From: Squalus acanthias
Taxonomy: Eukaryota
Direction: 5' to 3'
Assembly: GCA_030390025.1 (NCBI GenBank)
Contig: CM059432.1
Coordinates: 31,064,001-31,128,000, forward strand
Length of the DNA: 64,000 bases
In this document: piece after piece, positions 39,009 through 52,044 of the stretch
How positions within the stretch are numbered: position 1 is the first letter of the stretch
Layout of the letters: each line of letters opens with the position of its first letter
The notes under the pieces: generated by a model
What the model was told of the DNA's origin: nothing
Seen by the model: the letters and a program-made list of their open reading frames with translations, nothing else
Databases searched by the model: none
Position numbers and translations under genes: made by a program

Positions 39009-39309
39009 ATTAAAGGAAAATTTAAGATTGATATCAGGAATCTCGTTCTTCATACAAAGAGTTAACACATGGGATAGAATAGTGGAGGAAAAAAACCCTG
39101 GAATCATTAAGTATGCCTTAAGTAGCCGAGGAGGAATTTGCCAGCGTTTTACTTGAAATTGGTGCGTGTTTTCGCGGAAGAATTTAGCATTAGTACTGGT
39201 TGAGGGCGGATGGTGCACAAGGTTGCACTCTCTAATGACAGGGTGAACATGGATAGGCCCAACGGTCTATTTCTTTTTGTGTTTGTTTGTTATGGGTTTA
39301 GGGACTTTA

Positions 39310-39660
39310 GGACTTAATCTAGACTAATACTCTAGTGCATTACTGAGGGAGTGCTACATTGCCAAAAAGTGGTAGTGTTTAGATGAGACTTTAAACCAAG
39401 GCCTCGTCTACCTGTTAAGGTAGATATTGAAGACTCTAAGACAGTGTTGGAAGTAGAGCAGGAAGCTCTCCTGTTTTCCTGGCCAGCATTCAGCCCTTAA
39501 TCAGCACCATCAAAAAAACATATTCGCTGATTTCTCAGCTCAGCGTTGTTTATGGGATCATGCTGCGTACACAATGGCTGCTTTTTCCTGCATTAACAAG
39601 TCAGTACATGTCCAAATATGAGATATGATAAGGCACCTTATAAATACAAGTCTTTCTTTC
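39310..39660 (+). mobile_element. Deu-domain SINE, diverged
   Basis: Similar to 30675-31001. Confidence 0.65.
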
Positions 39661-40132
39661 TGTTGGTGTCTTGCAAGGAAAAACAAAGCATCATTGGACA
39701 TTAAGCAGGTGACTTCAATAAAATGTAAAATTGGGTGGCATGTAAAACAGGCGGCTGATCCAATCCCGCCAGTTTCCTGCCGAACGGTTAGGTTAAAATT
39801 AACCCCTTAAAAAAAAGTAAAAGAAGCGATTTTTTTTGTAGGTTATTTTGATTCCGCCCCCCCGCCCCCACCCCCCTCCCAACCCCACACCTCAAAAGCA
39901 CTGACTCACATTAGCACAGCCCCCGGGCCACTGGGAAGCCCTTTGCTACCTCATCCAAAATGGCCGTTTCAAATATCGTGAGCCCAAACAGTGAGCATCT
40001 AGCATTGACCTCTTTCATATCCTGTTTATCAATAACTACAGCTGTCAGTTTCTGCACTAGAATTTTAGACAGCAAGTCAATCTAGGTGCAGATGCCATTG
40101 TACAACAGACTCACAGCTTTCATTGCTTGAAG

Positions 40133-40360
40133 ACTGTCTGTGTGGAGTTTGCACATTCTCCCCGTGTCTGCGTGGGTTTCCTCCGGGTGCTCCGGTTTCC
40201 TCCCACAGTCCAAAGATGTGCGGGTTAGGTTGATTTGGCTATGATAAATTGACCCTTAGTGTTAGGGGGGGTTATGGGGATAGGGTGGGATATGTGTCGG
40301 TGCAGGCTCGATGGGCCGAAATGGCCTCTATCTGCACTGTGGTGATTCTGTGATTCTGTG
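40133..40360 (+). mobile_element. V-domain SINE (HE1-like), 5'-truncated, CR1-derived tail
   Basis: TGTGTGGAGTTTGCACATTCTCCCCGTGTCTGCGTGGGTTTCCTCCGGGTGCTCCGGTTTCCTCCCACAGTCCAAAGA V-domain; GATTCTGT tail repeats. Confidence 0.85.
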
Positions 40361-41756
40361 ACACCCCCCCCCGCCCCCCCGAACCCCCCGAGGGAGGCTG
40401 TAGCAATTGAGCCCCCTTTATTTGCAATCACTCATCCTAAATTACTTTATTCTCCAGCGGCCGTGTGCTCTACCTCCAATGAGACGGTGACTGGTTGTCC
40501 ATCATCAGCTATATACAAAATAGAATTTAGATTTAACTTTGACACACGCTCAGCAAAGCTTATTTGACATTATGGACAACTGAAAGTCTTATTCAATAGA
40601 AAATTGTACTTAACTGCATATGGGTCACTGAATTGGGACCTTGTAGAGCTGTAAAGGTTATTTGTACTGACGGAAATAGCCTACAGGCATTCGGCTTGAT
40701 GCATTGTGAAGTGCGCCATTGATCTACCACCATTGTTTTTTATACTAGCTTTTATACTTTTATATTAGCTACTGACTTTAAACGAATACTATGATGCTTT
40801 CCCTCATTTCTGTGGAGAATTTTTTTCTCTCTCCCCTGCCTACTAATGGAAGGGCACCTCCACAGGTGCTAGCTTCTAGTATGGCATCCAGATTGCAACT
40901 CGTCATATGTGAGCCTTGACAGTAAGCATCAGCACACACAGCTCAATCTAATCCCGTCCTATCCTGAGATTTACTCTTTCCAGAAGGAGATGCTGGATGG
41001 CAATTAAGGGTGAGAAACCTGACTGAATTATAAATCGAGTGGCTTCTATAAAGGGCGGGTGATCCACTCTGCCAAGTTAGTACCCAGGTGGTGAAATTGA
41101 AAATTACCCATTTGCGATCTTTATACACTAGTTTGCCATATTGCTACAAGGAGAAAACTGTGGAAATCTTCCGAGCAGTAACATGCTGATGCCAATCATT
41201 GTACCTTGGCTACCGTGGCTCTTTGACACTCAGGAGCCCGAGAATCACTGCCTTCTTCAATGGACTGTCACACTCCTCTGTTGTAGTAGAGTTTGAAATG
41301 TTCTCAAAGCATTAATTAATTTAAGCTCTACTATAAAGTGCAGTGATCTATGAAGAGCAGTCTACTGCGTGAAATAGAAGCAGTTTAATCCTGATAAACA
41401 TGCATTCTCAGAGAAAATTCTGCTTAGCTCAAGATTTCTTCATTGCTTTTGAGAAAAATTAAGAAAGTCGATTTTTTTTTACCTCTACCTAGTTGTCACT
41501 TGCAAAGTGAACAAGTCCACACTGGGCTAAGTGAAGGGCCAAGGACAAAGGTTGAAATGAGTGGAAGAGAAGATTTGTTTTGGGTGGTTGCGCAAAATGG
41601 GCGAAAGCGAATTGGCCGTTTCTTTTGCGTTCCTTCTGATTTTCTTATGGAAAAGAAAATCGGGCGGAGTGCGAAAGGGGTTGCCGATTCTCTGTCGCCC
41701 ATTTTTCTGAAGAAATTATACATCGATGAGGCAAACCAGGTAGAAGTGTCAGCCTT

Positions 41757-42100
41757 TGCTCAGTGGTAGCTGAGAAGGTTCTGGGTTCAAACCCCAGTCC
41801 AAGGATTGAGCACATAATCTAGGCTGCCACTTTAATGCAGTACACTGTCAGAGGTGCCATCTTTCAGATGAGACGTTAAATTGAGGTCCCGTCTGGCCTC
41901 ACAGGTGGACGTCAAAATACCACGGCACTATTCGAAGAAGAGGATGGGAGTTCTTTTTGGTGTCCTGACCAACATTAATCCCTCAACCAATGCCTAAAAC
42001 ATATGATCTGGTCATTTATTTCATTGCTGTTTGTGGGAACCTGCTGTGCACAAATTGGCTGCTGCATTTCCTACATCACAACAGTGACTACACTTCAAAA
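41757..42100 (+). mobile_element. Deu-domain SINE with tRNA-like head
   Basis: GCTCAGTGGTAG A-box, GGTTCAAACCC B-box, Deu core. Confidence 0.8.
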
Positions 42101-42233
42101 TTTTAACATTTTCCAAAAAAACATACCCTTTGCCTATCACAATGAACCCTTTTTTGCTTTGCAACCAATTTGTTTCCATAAAGGTTTTGCAGTTAAGTCC
42201 TGACCAAGTGTTTGTTTTGTTTTGTTTTTACAG

Positions 42234-42319
42234 GAAGTGTGTACAGAGAATGTACTGGAAATGGAACATGGGCCTCTAGAATCAATTACTCCCACTGTGA
42301 GCCCATCTTAGAGGAGAAG
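42234..42319 (+). CDS. CRHR2: Internal coding exon of a corticotropin-releasing hormone receptor (class B GPCR extracellular domain), CRHR2-like
   Basis: Polypyrimidine tract + CAG acceptor (tttgttttgttttgtttttacag) and AAG/GTTAGT donor; 86 nt, phase 1 start, translates (x)[28 protein letters not shown], matching the recalled CRHR2 segment AYRECLENGTWASKINYSQCEPILDDK better than CRHR1 ([23 protein letters not shown]). Not in the ORF track. No neighbouring exons recognised in the window. Confidence 0.9.
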
Positions 42320-43288
42320 GTTAGTCTTGTCTACTAGTTATAAAATGTCAATGATAATTGTAGCACTGTCTTTTACCTCAACCCATATGTACCTTTTTTT
42401 GTGTGTGAGGGTACATATCCCTCTTGTCATTATAACCTCCAGATCATCTGCAGGCCATGTCCAACATCTACAGCCAAGGAGGTAGTTGGGTGACCTGCTC
42501 CCAACCTTCATCTATTCCACTCTTGAGCTGACTGCCAACAGAAGAGGAGCTCAGTGCTCAACTCTCCTTCCAGTTCACCCCCCTCCCCACCTTTTCCATC
42601 TCTTATTGCAGAAAGGCTGAGATTGAAGAGCAGAGTGCTGAGCACGAACTAACATCTCATGCACCCCATGCTGGAAATACATCACCTTCCCCTAATTTTA
42701 GCTGTAACCGCCCTCATAGTAAGACACCCCGTGGATCTTCATACATAGCTTCTTGTGAGGAAGCATGGTCTCCGAGGACCCAATTCAAAGGATCATTCAT
42801 AGGAACATATTAATTGCTAGACAAAAAAAGACAACGGTCCATTCAGTTCGCCTTCTACCATTCTAGTAGTCGCATGATACAATGATAATGGAGTTGTTGA
42901 CTAATCACTGTAATTAATCTCTATCAATTAGTCTACAGACCCAGATTTGACACAAGAAAAACCTCAGTACTGGAGAGCTTTGGGAACTATTGGTCCAAAG
43001 CCACCTGTTCCTCCCAAGCTTGCTACGCTTACTACATGTCATGTCTCAAATTACTCATATACTAGATCCCAAAATATTATTTTCTGGAAGAAATCTATCT
43101 AATGAGGTCTGTCTATCATCAGTAGGTGTGTCATTCAAAAGAAAAGCTGAACTATTAACAAATACTTTTGACCCCTCCAGGCTATCTTACTTCCATGAAT
43201 TAGGTGTATATGCCGGTATGTGTCTGAGATGAAGTCACTCGTGCATCACAATGTGAGGTGTACCTACTGTTTATAGATCACACCTAAG

Positions 43289-44638
43289 GGGGATTATTTT
43301 GGTGACAGGGTGAAGACAGACACTAAATGGGAGCTGTGCTAATAAGACACGCCTGTTTGAAAGTTTGGTTATAGCATATAATTTTAGTCCCAATTGCTGA
43401 TTACCACAATTTGAATTTGCCTGGATGTGCTAAATCAGACACCTGCAGATTTAGCACTCAAGCACTGATTAGACGCAATTGTCATGAAGCAGTATATGTG
43501 GGCTCCATGCACTCACTTCCACTGAGGGTGTGGAGTGTGCTGGCTGACACACAGCAGCACGTTTCAGGATGGCTCAGGGACCGAGTGAGAGGGCGCACAG
43601 GTCCTTGTACGTGGCATGGAGGTCCTGGTGGAGGAGATCCAGAGGATGAGAGGTGTCCTGTACCTGCAGGGGGGAAGGATTCCACCTCGCCCTCCTGTCC
43701 CTTTCTCCTCCAGTAGCTAGTGCTGCTCTGCCTGGCCTCATGTCCTCCTCCCATTCCTCCTGCAGGTCGACCCCTAGCAAGATGCCGATGACCAAGCACT
43801 CCCTTTCTCCTGGTGACTCCTATAAGGTGTCCAATAAGGTGGAGTAGCACAGCACTTACTCTTTTTGGGTGAGGTCCTCAGAAAATTTCCAGAACAAATC
43901 TTGATAGAGTGTTGGTGAAGTCTTGACAAAGTGTCCCAGAAAGTCTGCTGATGTGTTTCAAAAGTCCTCTTCAAACCTCCAGCAGCAAGTGACCAGTCCA
44001 GGTTGAGCGTCCTGAATCCGGCAACCTCGGGACCGAGGCCGAGCCGGTTTTCGTGTTTTTCCGGACTTCGGAACGTGTTTCTGATGTCCAAAGTCTGGAA
44101 ATATCGCAACCTGGGCTCGGGCGTTTCCGGACTTCGGACATCAGAAACACGTTCCGAGTCCAGAAATGTCTGGGCCCAGGTTGCGGTTTGACAGGGTGTC
44201 CGGATTCCGGAACATTTTACGGATTCCGGACGACCCTGCCACCAATCGTCCCGGAGTCCGGATTCCGGAACATTCCGGATTCCGGAACTCCGGATTTTGG
44301 ATGCTTAACCTGTAATGGGTAATATACCTTTAAGTAGCTCTGGCAATCCTCTGCAACAACTTGTTTACTCTAATCAGCTGGTCGATGTTGGGAGAGGGCG
44401 TTAGGTTAAGCACTATCCACCAAAATGCTGTGCAACCTCCTTAATGAGCGCTAGCAGGCAATTTAAGTGGCAATCAGCCCCTTAACGATCCTCCGGGCAG
44501 CCGTTCCTAGCGCAAGCCTTACCAAGGTGGTGTCTAGCGCAAAACGCGGGCTAAACCGACGTTTCAGCTTAAGACCCCATTTTGTCCACCTCGGAGGCTC
44601 TTTAGTGCCCAAAGTATCCGGGGGGGAAAATCACCCCC
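43289..44638. mobile_element. Internally deleted Harbinger-like element
   Basis: Imperfect TIR GGGG(A)TTATTTT / AAAATCACCCCC, candidate TSD AAG. Confidence 0.55.
43999..44312. mobile_element. Tc1/mariner-pogo (Tigger-like) MITE with TCCGGA-rich interior
   Basis: TIR CAGGTTGAGCGTCCTGAATCCGG / CCGGATTTTGGATGCTTAACCTG followed by TA; left TA site altered (TC). Confidence 0.75.
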
Positions 44639-44690
44639 AAGGTTTCTGGATGTGTTTACTGTTGAAATGATGGATCAGAACAGAAATAAT

Positions 44691-45419
44691 GGCCCGAAAA
44701 TTAGACCTAATACGCGAGAGTACGCACTGTGTACTCTCGCGTTTTAGGTCTCCAATTGCCGGTTTCCTGCATGCACTGCGCATGCGCGGGTAACCGGCAC
44801 TTCGTGAATTCAAAAGGGGGCGGTTCCTAAGTGAACCACGTGCGCGCTACAGGCTGCGCGCACGCAGTGCACTTAGTGCTTTGAACGCGCAGGTAAGCAT
44901 GGAAGATTTTACACATAAAGAAAGGAGGCATAAGACCCTCTTTTAACAAGGTAAGTAGTTAATTAAGTATTATTTAAAAAAAATTTCAACAGGTTTATCT
45001 TTTTCAGAGACTTTAAAGAAAGGTAAGTTTATTTTTATAACTTTTAAAAAGATTTTAAATTTTTTTGTTTAAAGTGGTTAATTTATTTAACTATACTTAT
45101 TTTATTAATGTGATGGCTTTTTTTTAAATTTAATTGAGGTTTAGCTGTTCTTTTGGGGGTGTGTAGGATTCATAGCTTTGACAGCCCTTGCTGTTAAAAC
45201 TATGAATGAAAGATGGTGTGCTGCCATTGGCTCTAACTGAATCACGTGATCCCAGAGCTCGCACAAACTAATTGCGTCTCTGGGTCATGCAAGCACTGCA
45301 CAGCTGCAGCCTTGAAACTAAAGTTCGTGTGGGCCCGGAGGAAAAAGGTAGGCGCGGAGTGAGATATCGCAGGGAAGCCTTACCCCCCGCGTGAACACTC
45401 ACTGTTTAATTTCTGGGCC
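44691..45419. mobile_element. Harbinger-like MITE (family X), second copy, inverted relative to 13057-13818
   Basis: GGCCCGAAAATTAG / TAATTTCTGGGCC, TSD AAT; long reverse-complement similarity to the first copy. Confidence 0.85.
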
Positions 45420-46231
45420 AATATGAAGGACAGACTTTTAGCTTCAAGAGTTCATTAAGTAGTATTTAGAAATGAGGTAGACGCAACATGATTTAAGGTG
45501 ATGCAGTATGTAGTGCTCATAATATCATAGAGCTTGTGACCTTCTCTCAAAGCAGCAGAAAGATCATTGGTTTTGTTGTTTCTGCTGGTGTGGCTTCAGG
45601 GCCCACTTTAATTGGCTGGTTAAGTATCCAGTGGTTGTGTGGTTGCTAGGGGAACATTGCTGTTTATCGTGGGATATAGCTCTTTGGCATGGGTGAGTGG
45701 AATGCAACTGTTATATTTTAAACAGATAGCATGTTTTGCTCCGCCCATACAGGGCACAGAACTAGTCTTATGAACGGAAAAAAAAATCAGAGCTCATGGT
45801 TCCTTTCGTCAGGGGAACAATGCAGCTGACTGTATGATCAAAGGATGTAGTTACAGGCAACCATGTGGTATCAATACCTTCGCAACAGAAAAAGAATCAA
45901 GAGCATCAAAATCAAAGTTTAGCCTCACAAGACGGAATATCAAAAGATGTTGCTCTGTACAGCATTGGTCAGACCTCATCTGGATTATTTTTTGTAGTTT
46001 TGATCACCAATTGTGGGAAATATTTCACTTTCATTGAGGGTCTGTAGGAGCAAGTAATCAAGATGGTTCCAGGTATACAACTGTACAGCTAATATTAGTT
46101 CCACTGCTACTTTACAACCTGAGTACTATTAAGATTAATTGACATTTAGATTATTGTATGCTTAATGAGTCTTTTTCTTAGTTTTGTTGCCATCTTTCAT
46201 TAGATTCCACTATCCGTATTACATAAGACTG

Positions 46232-46442
46232 AGGCTTAGTTAGTAGCAAGCTTGTCTTTGAGTCAGCAAGGATTGTAGGTTCAAGCTTCACTCTAGGCTG
46301 ACACTTCAGTGCATCATTGAGGCAATACTGTGTTGTTAAAGGTGCTCTTTTTAAGATGAGATGCCAAGCTGAGATGCTGTCTACTTGCTCAGCTATATAT
46401 AAAAGGTCCCATGGCACAAGGAGTAGTGTACTGGCCAATATT
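46232..46442 (+). mobile_element. Deu-domain SINE 5' portion, diverged
   Basis: GGCTTAGTTAGTAGCA..GGTTCAAG..CTAGGCTGACACTTCAGTGCA. Confidence 0.65.
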
Positions 46443-46447
46443 GTTCA

Positions 46448-47875
46448 AGCACCATTGTTCAAGAAAGGGTGTAAGGACAATCCTAGTAACTACAGGCTGG
46501 TCAGTTTAACATCAGTGGTGAGTTAAGTTTTAGAAACAATAATCAAGGAAAAAATTTACGGGCACTTGGAGAGGTTTAAGCTAATTAAGGAGAGCCAACA
46601 TAGATTTGTAAAAGGCAGATTGTGTTTGACTAATCGAATTGAATTTTTTGATGAAGCAACAGAGAGGACTGATGAAGGGAAGGCAATGGATGTTGTCTAC
46701 ATGGATTTTCGGAAGGCGTTTGACAAAGTACCACATAGAAGGCTGGTTAACAAAATTGAGGCTCATGGAATAGCTGGGTCAGTGGTAGCTTGGAAAAGGA
46801 ATTGGCTTAAGGAAGAAAACAGCGAGTTGTGGTAAATGGCTGTTTTTCAGACTGGAGGATGGTAGACAGTGGTGTTCCCCAAGGGTTAGTGCTGGGGCCA
46901 CTGATTTTTTTGATATATATAAATGACCTGGATATTGGAATACAGAGTAGAATTTCTAAATTTGCCGATGACACCAAACTTGGGGGGGTGGCAAACAGTG
47001 AGGATGATATCAATCGACTGCAACAGGACATAGAAAGGCTAGCAGAATGGGCAGACAAGTGGCAGATGGAATTTAATACAGAGAAGTGTGAGGTGATGCA
47101 TTTTGGCAGAAGGAACAGGGAGATGTAATATAAACTTAATGGCACAGTTTTAAAGAGTGTGCAGGGACAGAGGGACCTGGGAGTTAATGTGCATAGGTCC
47201 CTGAAGGTGGCAGGACATATTGAGAGAGTGGTTAGCAAAGCATATGGGATCTTGGGCTTCATAAATAGAGGTATTGAGTACAAAAGTAGAGAAGTTATGC
47301 TGAACCTTTATAAAGCGCTGGTTAGGTCACAACTGGAGTATTGTGTCCAGTTCTGGTCACCACACTTTAGGAAGGATGTGAAGGCCCTTGAGAGGGTGCA
47401 GAAGAGATTTACCAGAATGGTTCCGGAGATGGGGGATCTTAGCTACAAGGACAGGTTGGAGAAGCTGGATTTGTTTTCATTGGAGCATAGGAGGTTGAGG
47501 GGTGATTTGATAGAGGTGTATGGGTTTGGATAGGCTAGATGGGGAAAGGCTGTTCACACTAGTTGATGGTACAAGGACTAGGGGACACAGATTTAAGGTT
47601 TGGGCAAGAGATACAGGGGGGATGTGAGGAAAAACTTTTTTACGCAGCGAGTGGTGAAGACCTGGAATTCGCTGCCGATGGAAGTGGTGGAAGCGGAGAC
47701 ACTCAATGTTTTCAAGGGGAGACTGGATAGGCACTTGAGGGAAATAAACTTACAGGGCTACGGGGATAGAGCGGGGGAATGGGACTGACTGGATAGCTCT
47801 ACAGAGAGCCGGCATGGACTCAATGGGCCGAATGGCCTCCTTCTGTGCCGTATGACTCTCTGACTATGACTCTAT
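46448..47875 (+). mobile_element. CR1 LINE, 5'-truncated
   Basis: RT motifs in ORFs 46566-47788; (ATGACTCT)n-like tail. Confidence 0.92.
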
Positions 47876-48109
47876 ATTCTGCCCTCAAACAACAGGGCCA
47901 GACACAGAATTACTGCTCATTTATTCATTCAATTGCTGTTTTTGTGACCTTGCTCTGTGCAAGTTGACTGATGTGTTTGCATATGTGACTTAATTTCAAA
48001 AGTAATCCATTACTTTTGGCAACAAAAACAACTGTCTTTTTTTATAACTGGGTGGCTTTCTAGGCCACTTCAGAAGGCATTAAGAGTCAACCATGGAGTG
48101 TGGGACAAA

Positions 48110-48285
48110 GAAAGGAGGAACAAAAAGGAGAAGATTAGCCAAAGGAAAAGATAGACGGAAAGGGGTGTGGGGAGCAAAAGGAAGAGGATTAGTGAAAGGA
48201 GAAGAGAGAGGGAAGAAAAGAAAGAAAAAAATAGGAAAGGAGAAAAGAATGAGGGAGGAGAAAGAAAGAGAGAGAGAAAGAGAAG
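48110..48285. repeat. Purine-rich (GA) low-complexity tract
   Basis: Almost exclusively A/G on the + strand. Confidence 0.7.
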
Positions 48286-49967
48286 GCCGTGAGAACAGCA
48301 CCAGAAAATTTACAGGAAAACCGACAAGGAAATACGCTGAAACAAAGGGAAAAAATAATCTATGTTACACAGAGCACAGTGACAGTGATGTGATTTAAGA
48401 ATTCTAAGTTATCCTAAGTTATGCCATTTTAAGCTTCGAATCAGGGAACACTTCAGAGAGTTATTATAACAGTTTTCCCATAATACTTCATTACACGCCA
48501 AGCCTATACACAGATCAGACAGTGTAGCATCACTTAAAGGCAGAATTAGTGTTCACCCATTGCTCTACAACTGACAGTTTCTAAATTTCATTATCTGCTT
48601 GAGTGGGTTTTTCATTATAATGAATCAAACTGAAAAAGAGAACATTGAGTTTTTATCATATCTGGTTAGCTAGGCTTGAACAGTACATCTGAGCATATGT
48701 TGGCATTCCCACTGCTGCAGCTAGGCAGTTGTACTTTATATCCTACATTACAACAGTGACTGTATTGGCTGTAAAGTGCTTTGGGACGTCCTGTGGTTGT
48801 GATAGATAGAAACATAGAAACATAGAACAGTACAGCACAGTACAGGCCCTTCGGCCCTCGATGTTGTGCCGAGCATTGTCCGAGACCAAGATCAAGCTAT
48901 CACACTCCCTATCACTCTGGTGTGCTCCATGTGCTTATCCAATAACCGCTTGAAAGTTCCTAAAGTGTCCGACTCTACTATCACAGCAGGCAGTCCATTC
49001 CACACCCCAACCACTCTCTGAGTAAAGAATCTACCTCGGACATCCCTTCTATATCTCCCCCCATGCACCTTATAGTTATGCCCCCTTGTAACAGCTGCCT
49101 CTACCCGAGGAAATAGTCTCTGAACATCCACTCTATCTATCCCCCTCATCATCTTATAAACCTCTATTAAGTCGCCTCTCATCCTCCTCCGCTCTAAAGA
49201 GAAAAGCCCCAACTCCCTCAATCTTTCCTCATAAGACCTCCCCCCCAAACCAGGCATCATCCTGGTAAATCTCCTTTGCACTCTTTCCAATGCTTCCACG
49301 TCCTTCCTATAGTGAGGTGACCAGAACTGCACACAATATTCCAAATGTGGTCTCACCAAGGTCCTGTACAGTTGCAGCATAACCTCACGGTTCTTAAACT
49401 CAAACCCTCTGTTAATAAACGCCAACACACCATAGGCCTTCTTTACTGCTCTATCCACTTGAGTGGCAACCTTCAGAGATCTGTGGATATGAACCCCCAG
49501 ATCCCTCTGCTCCTCCACGTTCCTCAGAACCCTGCCGTTGACCCTGTAATCCTTATTCAAATTTGCCCTACCAAAATGAATCACCTCGCACTTATCAGGG
49601 TTAAATTCCATCTGCCATTTTTCGGCCCAGCTCTGCATCCTATCAATGTCTCTTTGCAGCCTACAATAGCCCTCCACCTCATCCACTGCTCCACCAATCT
49701 TGGTGTCATCAGCAAATTTACTGATCCACCCTTCAGTCCCCTCCTCCAAGTCATTGATAAAAATCACAAACAGCAGAGGACCCAGCACCGACCCCTGTGG
49801 CACACCGCTGGTAACTGGTCTCCAGTCCGAAAATGTTCCATCCACCACCACCCTCTGCCTTCTATGAGATATGTGGTCATGATGCGGAGATGCCGGTGTT
49901 GGACTGGGGTGGACAAAATTGAGAGGTCGCACAACACCAGGTTATAGTCCAACAGTTTTATTTGAAA

Positions 49968-50009
49968 TCACAAGCTTTCGGAGCTATCGATTGCTCCTTC
50001 CTCAGGTGA
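49968..50009 (-). ncRNA. Minimal hammerhead ribozyme motif in the inverted pseudo-LTR
   Basis: Reverse complement of 52045-52086. Confidence 0.72.
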
Positions 50010-50374
50010 AGTAAATTAGATACAGAATCGCCAAAGCATATATAGATAGAGAACAAAGCATGTGTACCTTACAATTGCAGACCACTAAATTAAATCATCC
50101 TGACTATCTGCCGAGGTGTGATAAAGTTAATCAAGTCAGCCAGGCAGGTACCACATCAAAGACATAGCAAGATACAACTGAGACAATGAGGTGTAGTCGC
50201 AGGGGTTCTAACGTGTCAAAAGCTGCCGTCTGTATGTAAAACGAAAAGCTTTAAAATTTTTACTTTTTTACTGGGAAAATTTTTACTTTTTTACTGGGAA
50301 TCACATCTGTGAACAAGCCAACGACGACTCGAGTCCGGATCACGTCATGTAGTCATGTATCGTGACATAAACCC

Positions 50375-51714
50375 CCCACGATGACGGCATCGCTGCAACA
50401 GCCTCAGTACTCAACATCAACAACAGCCAATCTCCAGACGCCATCCTACAACTCATCCGCTTCATCCTTGACCACAATGTCTTCACCTTCGACAACCATT
50501 TTTTTACCCAAACACACGGAACAGCCATGGGGACCAAATTCGCACCCCAATACGCCAACATCTTCATGCACAAGTTCGAGCAAGACTTCTTCGCTGCACA
50601 GGACCTCCAGCCAACGCTGTACACCAGATACATCGACGACATTTTCTTCCTTTGGACCCATGGCGAAGGATCACTGAAAAGACTACACGATAACATAAAC
50701 AAGTTCCATCCCACCATCAAACTCACCATGGACTACTCCTCAGAATCGGTCTCATTCCTGGACACACGAATCTCCATCAAAGACGGACACCTCAGCACTT
50801 CACTCTACCGCAAGCCCACGGACAACCTCACGATGCTCCACTTCTCCAGCTTCCACCCTAACCATGTTAAAGAAGCCATCCCCTATGGACAAGCCCTGCG
50901 AATACACAGGATCTGCTCAGACGAGGAGGAACGCGATGGACACCTATGGACGCTGAAAAATGCCCTCGTAAGAACGGGATATGACGTTCGACTCATCGAT
51001 CGACAGTTCCGACGGGCCACAGCGAAAAATCGCATAGACCTCCTCAGAAGGCAAACACGGGACACAACCAACAGGGTACCCTACGTCGTCCAGTACTTCC
51101 CCGGAGCGGAGAAACTACGCCATGTTCTTCGCAGCCTTCAACATGTCATCGATGACGACAAACACCTCGCTAAGGCCATCCCCACGCCTCCACTACTTGC
51201 CTTCAAACAGCCGCCTAACCTCAGAAGTACCATCGTTCGCAGCAAATTACCCAGCTTTCAGGATAACAGCGACCACGACACCACACAACCCTGCCATGGC
51301 AAACTCTGCAAGACATGCCAGATCATCAACACAGATACCACCATCACACGTGAGGACACTACCCACCAGGTACATGGTACATACTCATGTGACTCGGCCA
51401 ACGTTGTCTACCTCATACGTTGCAGGAAAGAATGCACCGCGGCATGGTACATCGGCGAGACCATGCAGACACTGAGACAACGTATGAACGAGCACCGCGC
51501 AACAATCGCCAGGCAGGATTGTTACCTCCCAGTCGGGGAACACTTCAGCAGTCAAGGACATTCAGCCTCGGATCTGCGGGTAAGCGTTCTCCAAGGCAAC
51601 CTTAGAAACACACGACAACGCAAAATCATCGAGCAGAAACTGATAGCCAAGTTCCGCACTCATGAAGACGGTCTCAACCGGGATCTTGGGTTTATGTCAC
51701 GATACATGACGTGA
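50375..51714 (+). pseudogene. 5'-truncated but uninterrupted Penelope RT / GIY-YIG ORF
   Basis: PHDDGI..GTAMG..YIDD..CHGKLCKTC..VVYLIRC..WYIGET..EDGLN; near-identical protein to 5786-7543. Confidence 0.9.
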
Positions 51715-52044
51715 TCCGGACTCGAGTCGTCGTTGGCTTGTTCACAGATGTGATTCCCAGTAAAAAAGTAAAAATTTTCCCAGTAAAAAAGTAAAAATTT
51801 TAAAGCTTTTCGTTTTACATACAGACGGCAGCTTTTGACACATTAGAACCCCTGCGACTACACCTCATTGTCTCAGTTGTATCTTGCTATGTCTTTGATG
51901 TGGTACCTTCCTGGCTGACTTGATTAACTTTATCACACCTCGGCAGATAGTCAGGATGATTTAATTTAGTGGTCTGCAATTGTAAGGTACACATGCTTTG
52001 TTCTCTATCTATATATGCTTTGGCGATTCTGTATCTAATTTACT

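Noticed and set aside
41757..41805. tRNA gene
   Set aside because: A/B boxes belong to a SINE head; no complete cloverleaf
48093..48398. Lys/Arg/Glu-rich 101-aa ORF
   Set aside because: Translation of a purine-rich low-complexity tract
49345..49947. 200-aa plus-strand ORF and similar antisense ORFs over LINE and Penelope copies
   Set aside because: Shadow frames opposite RT coding sequence with no recognisable motifs
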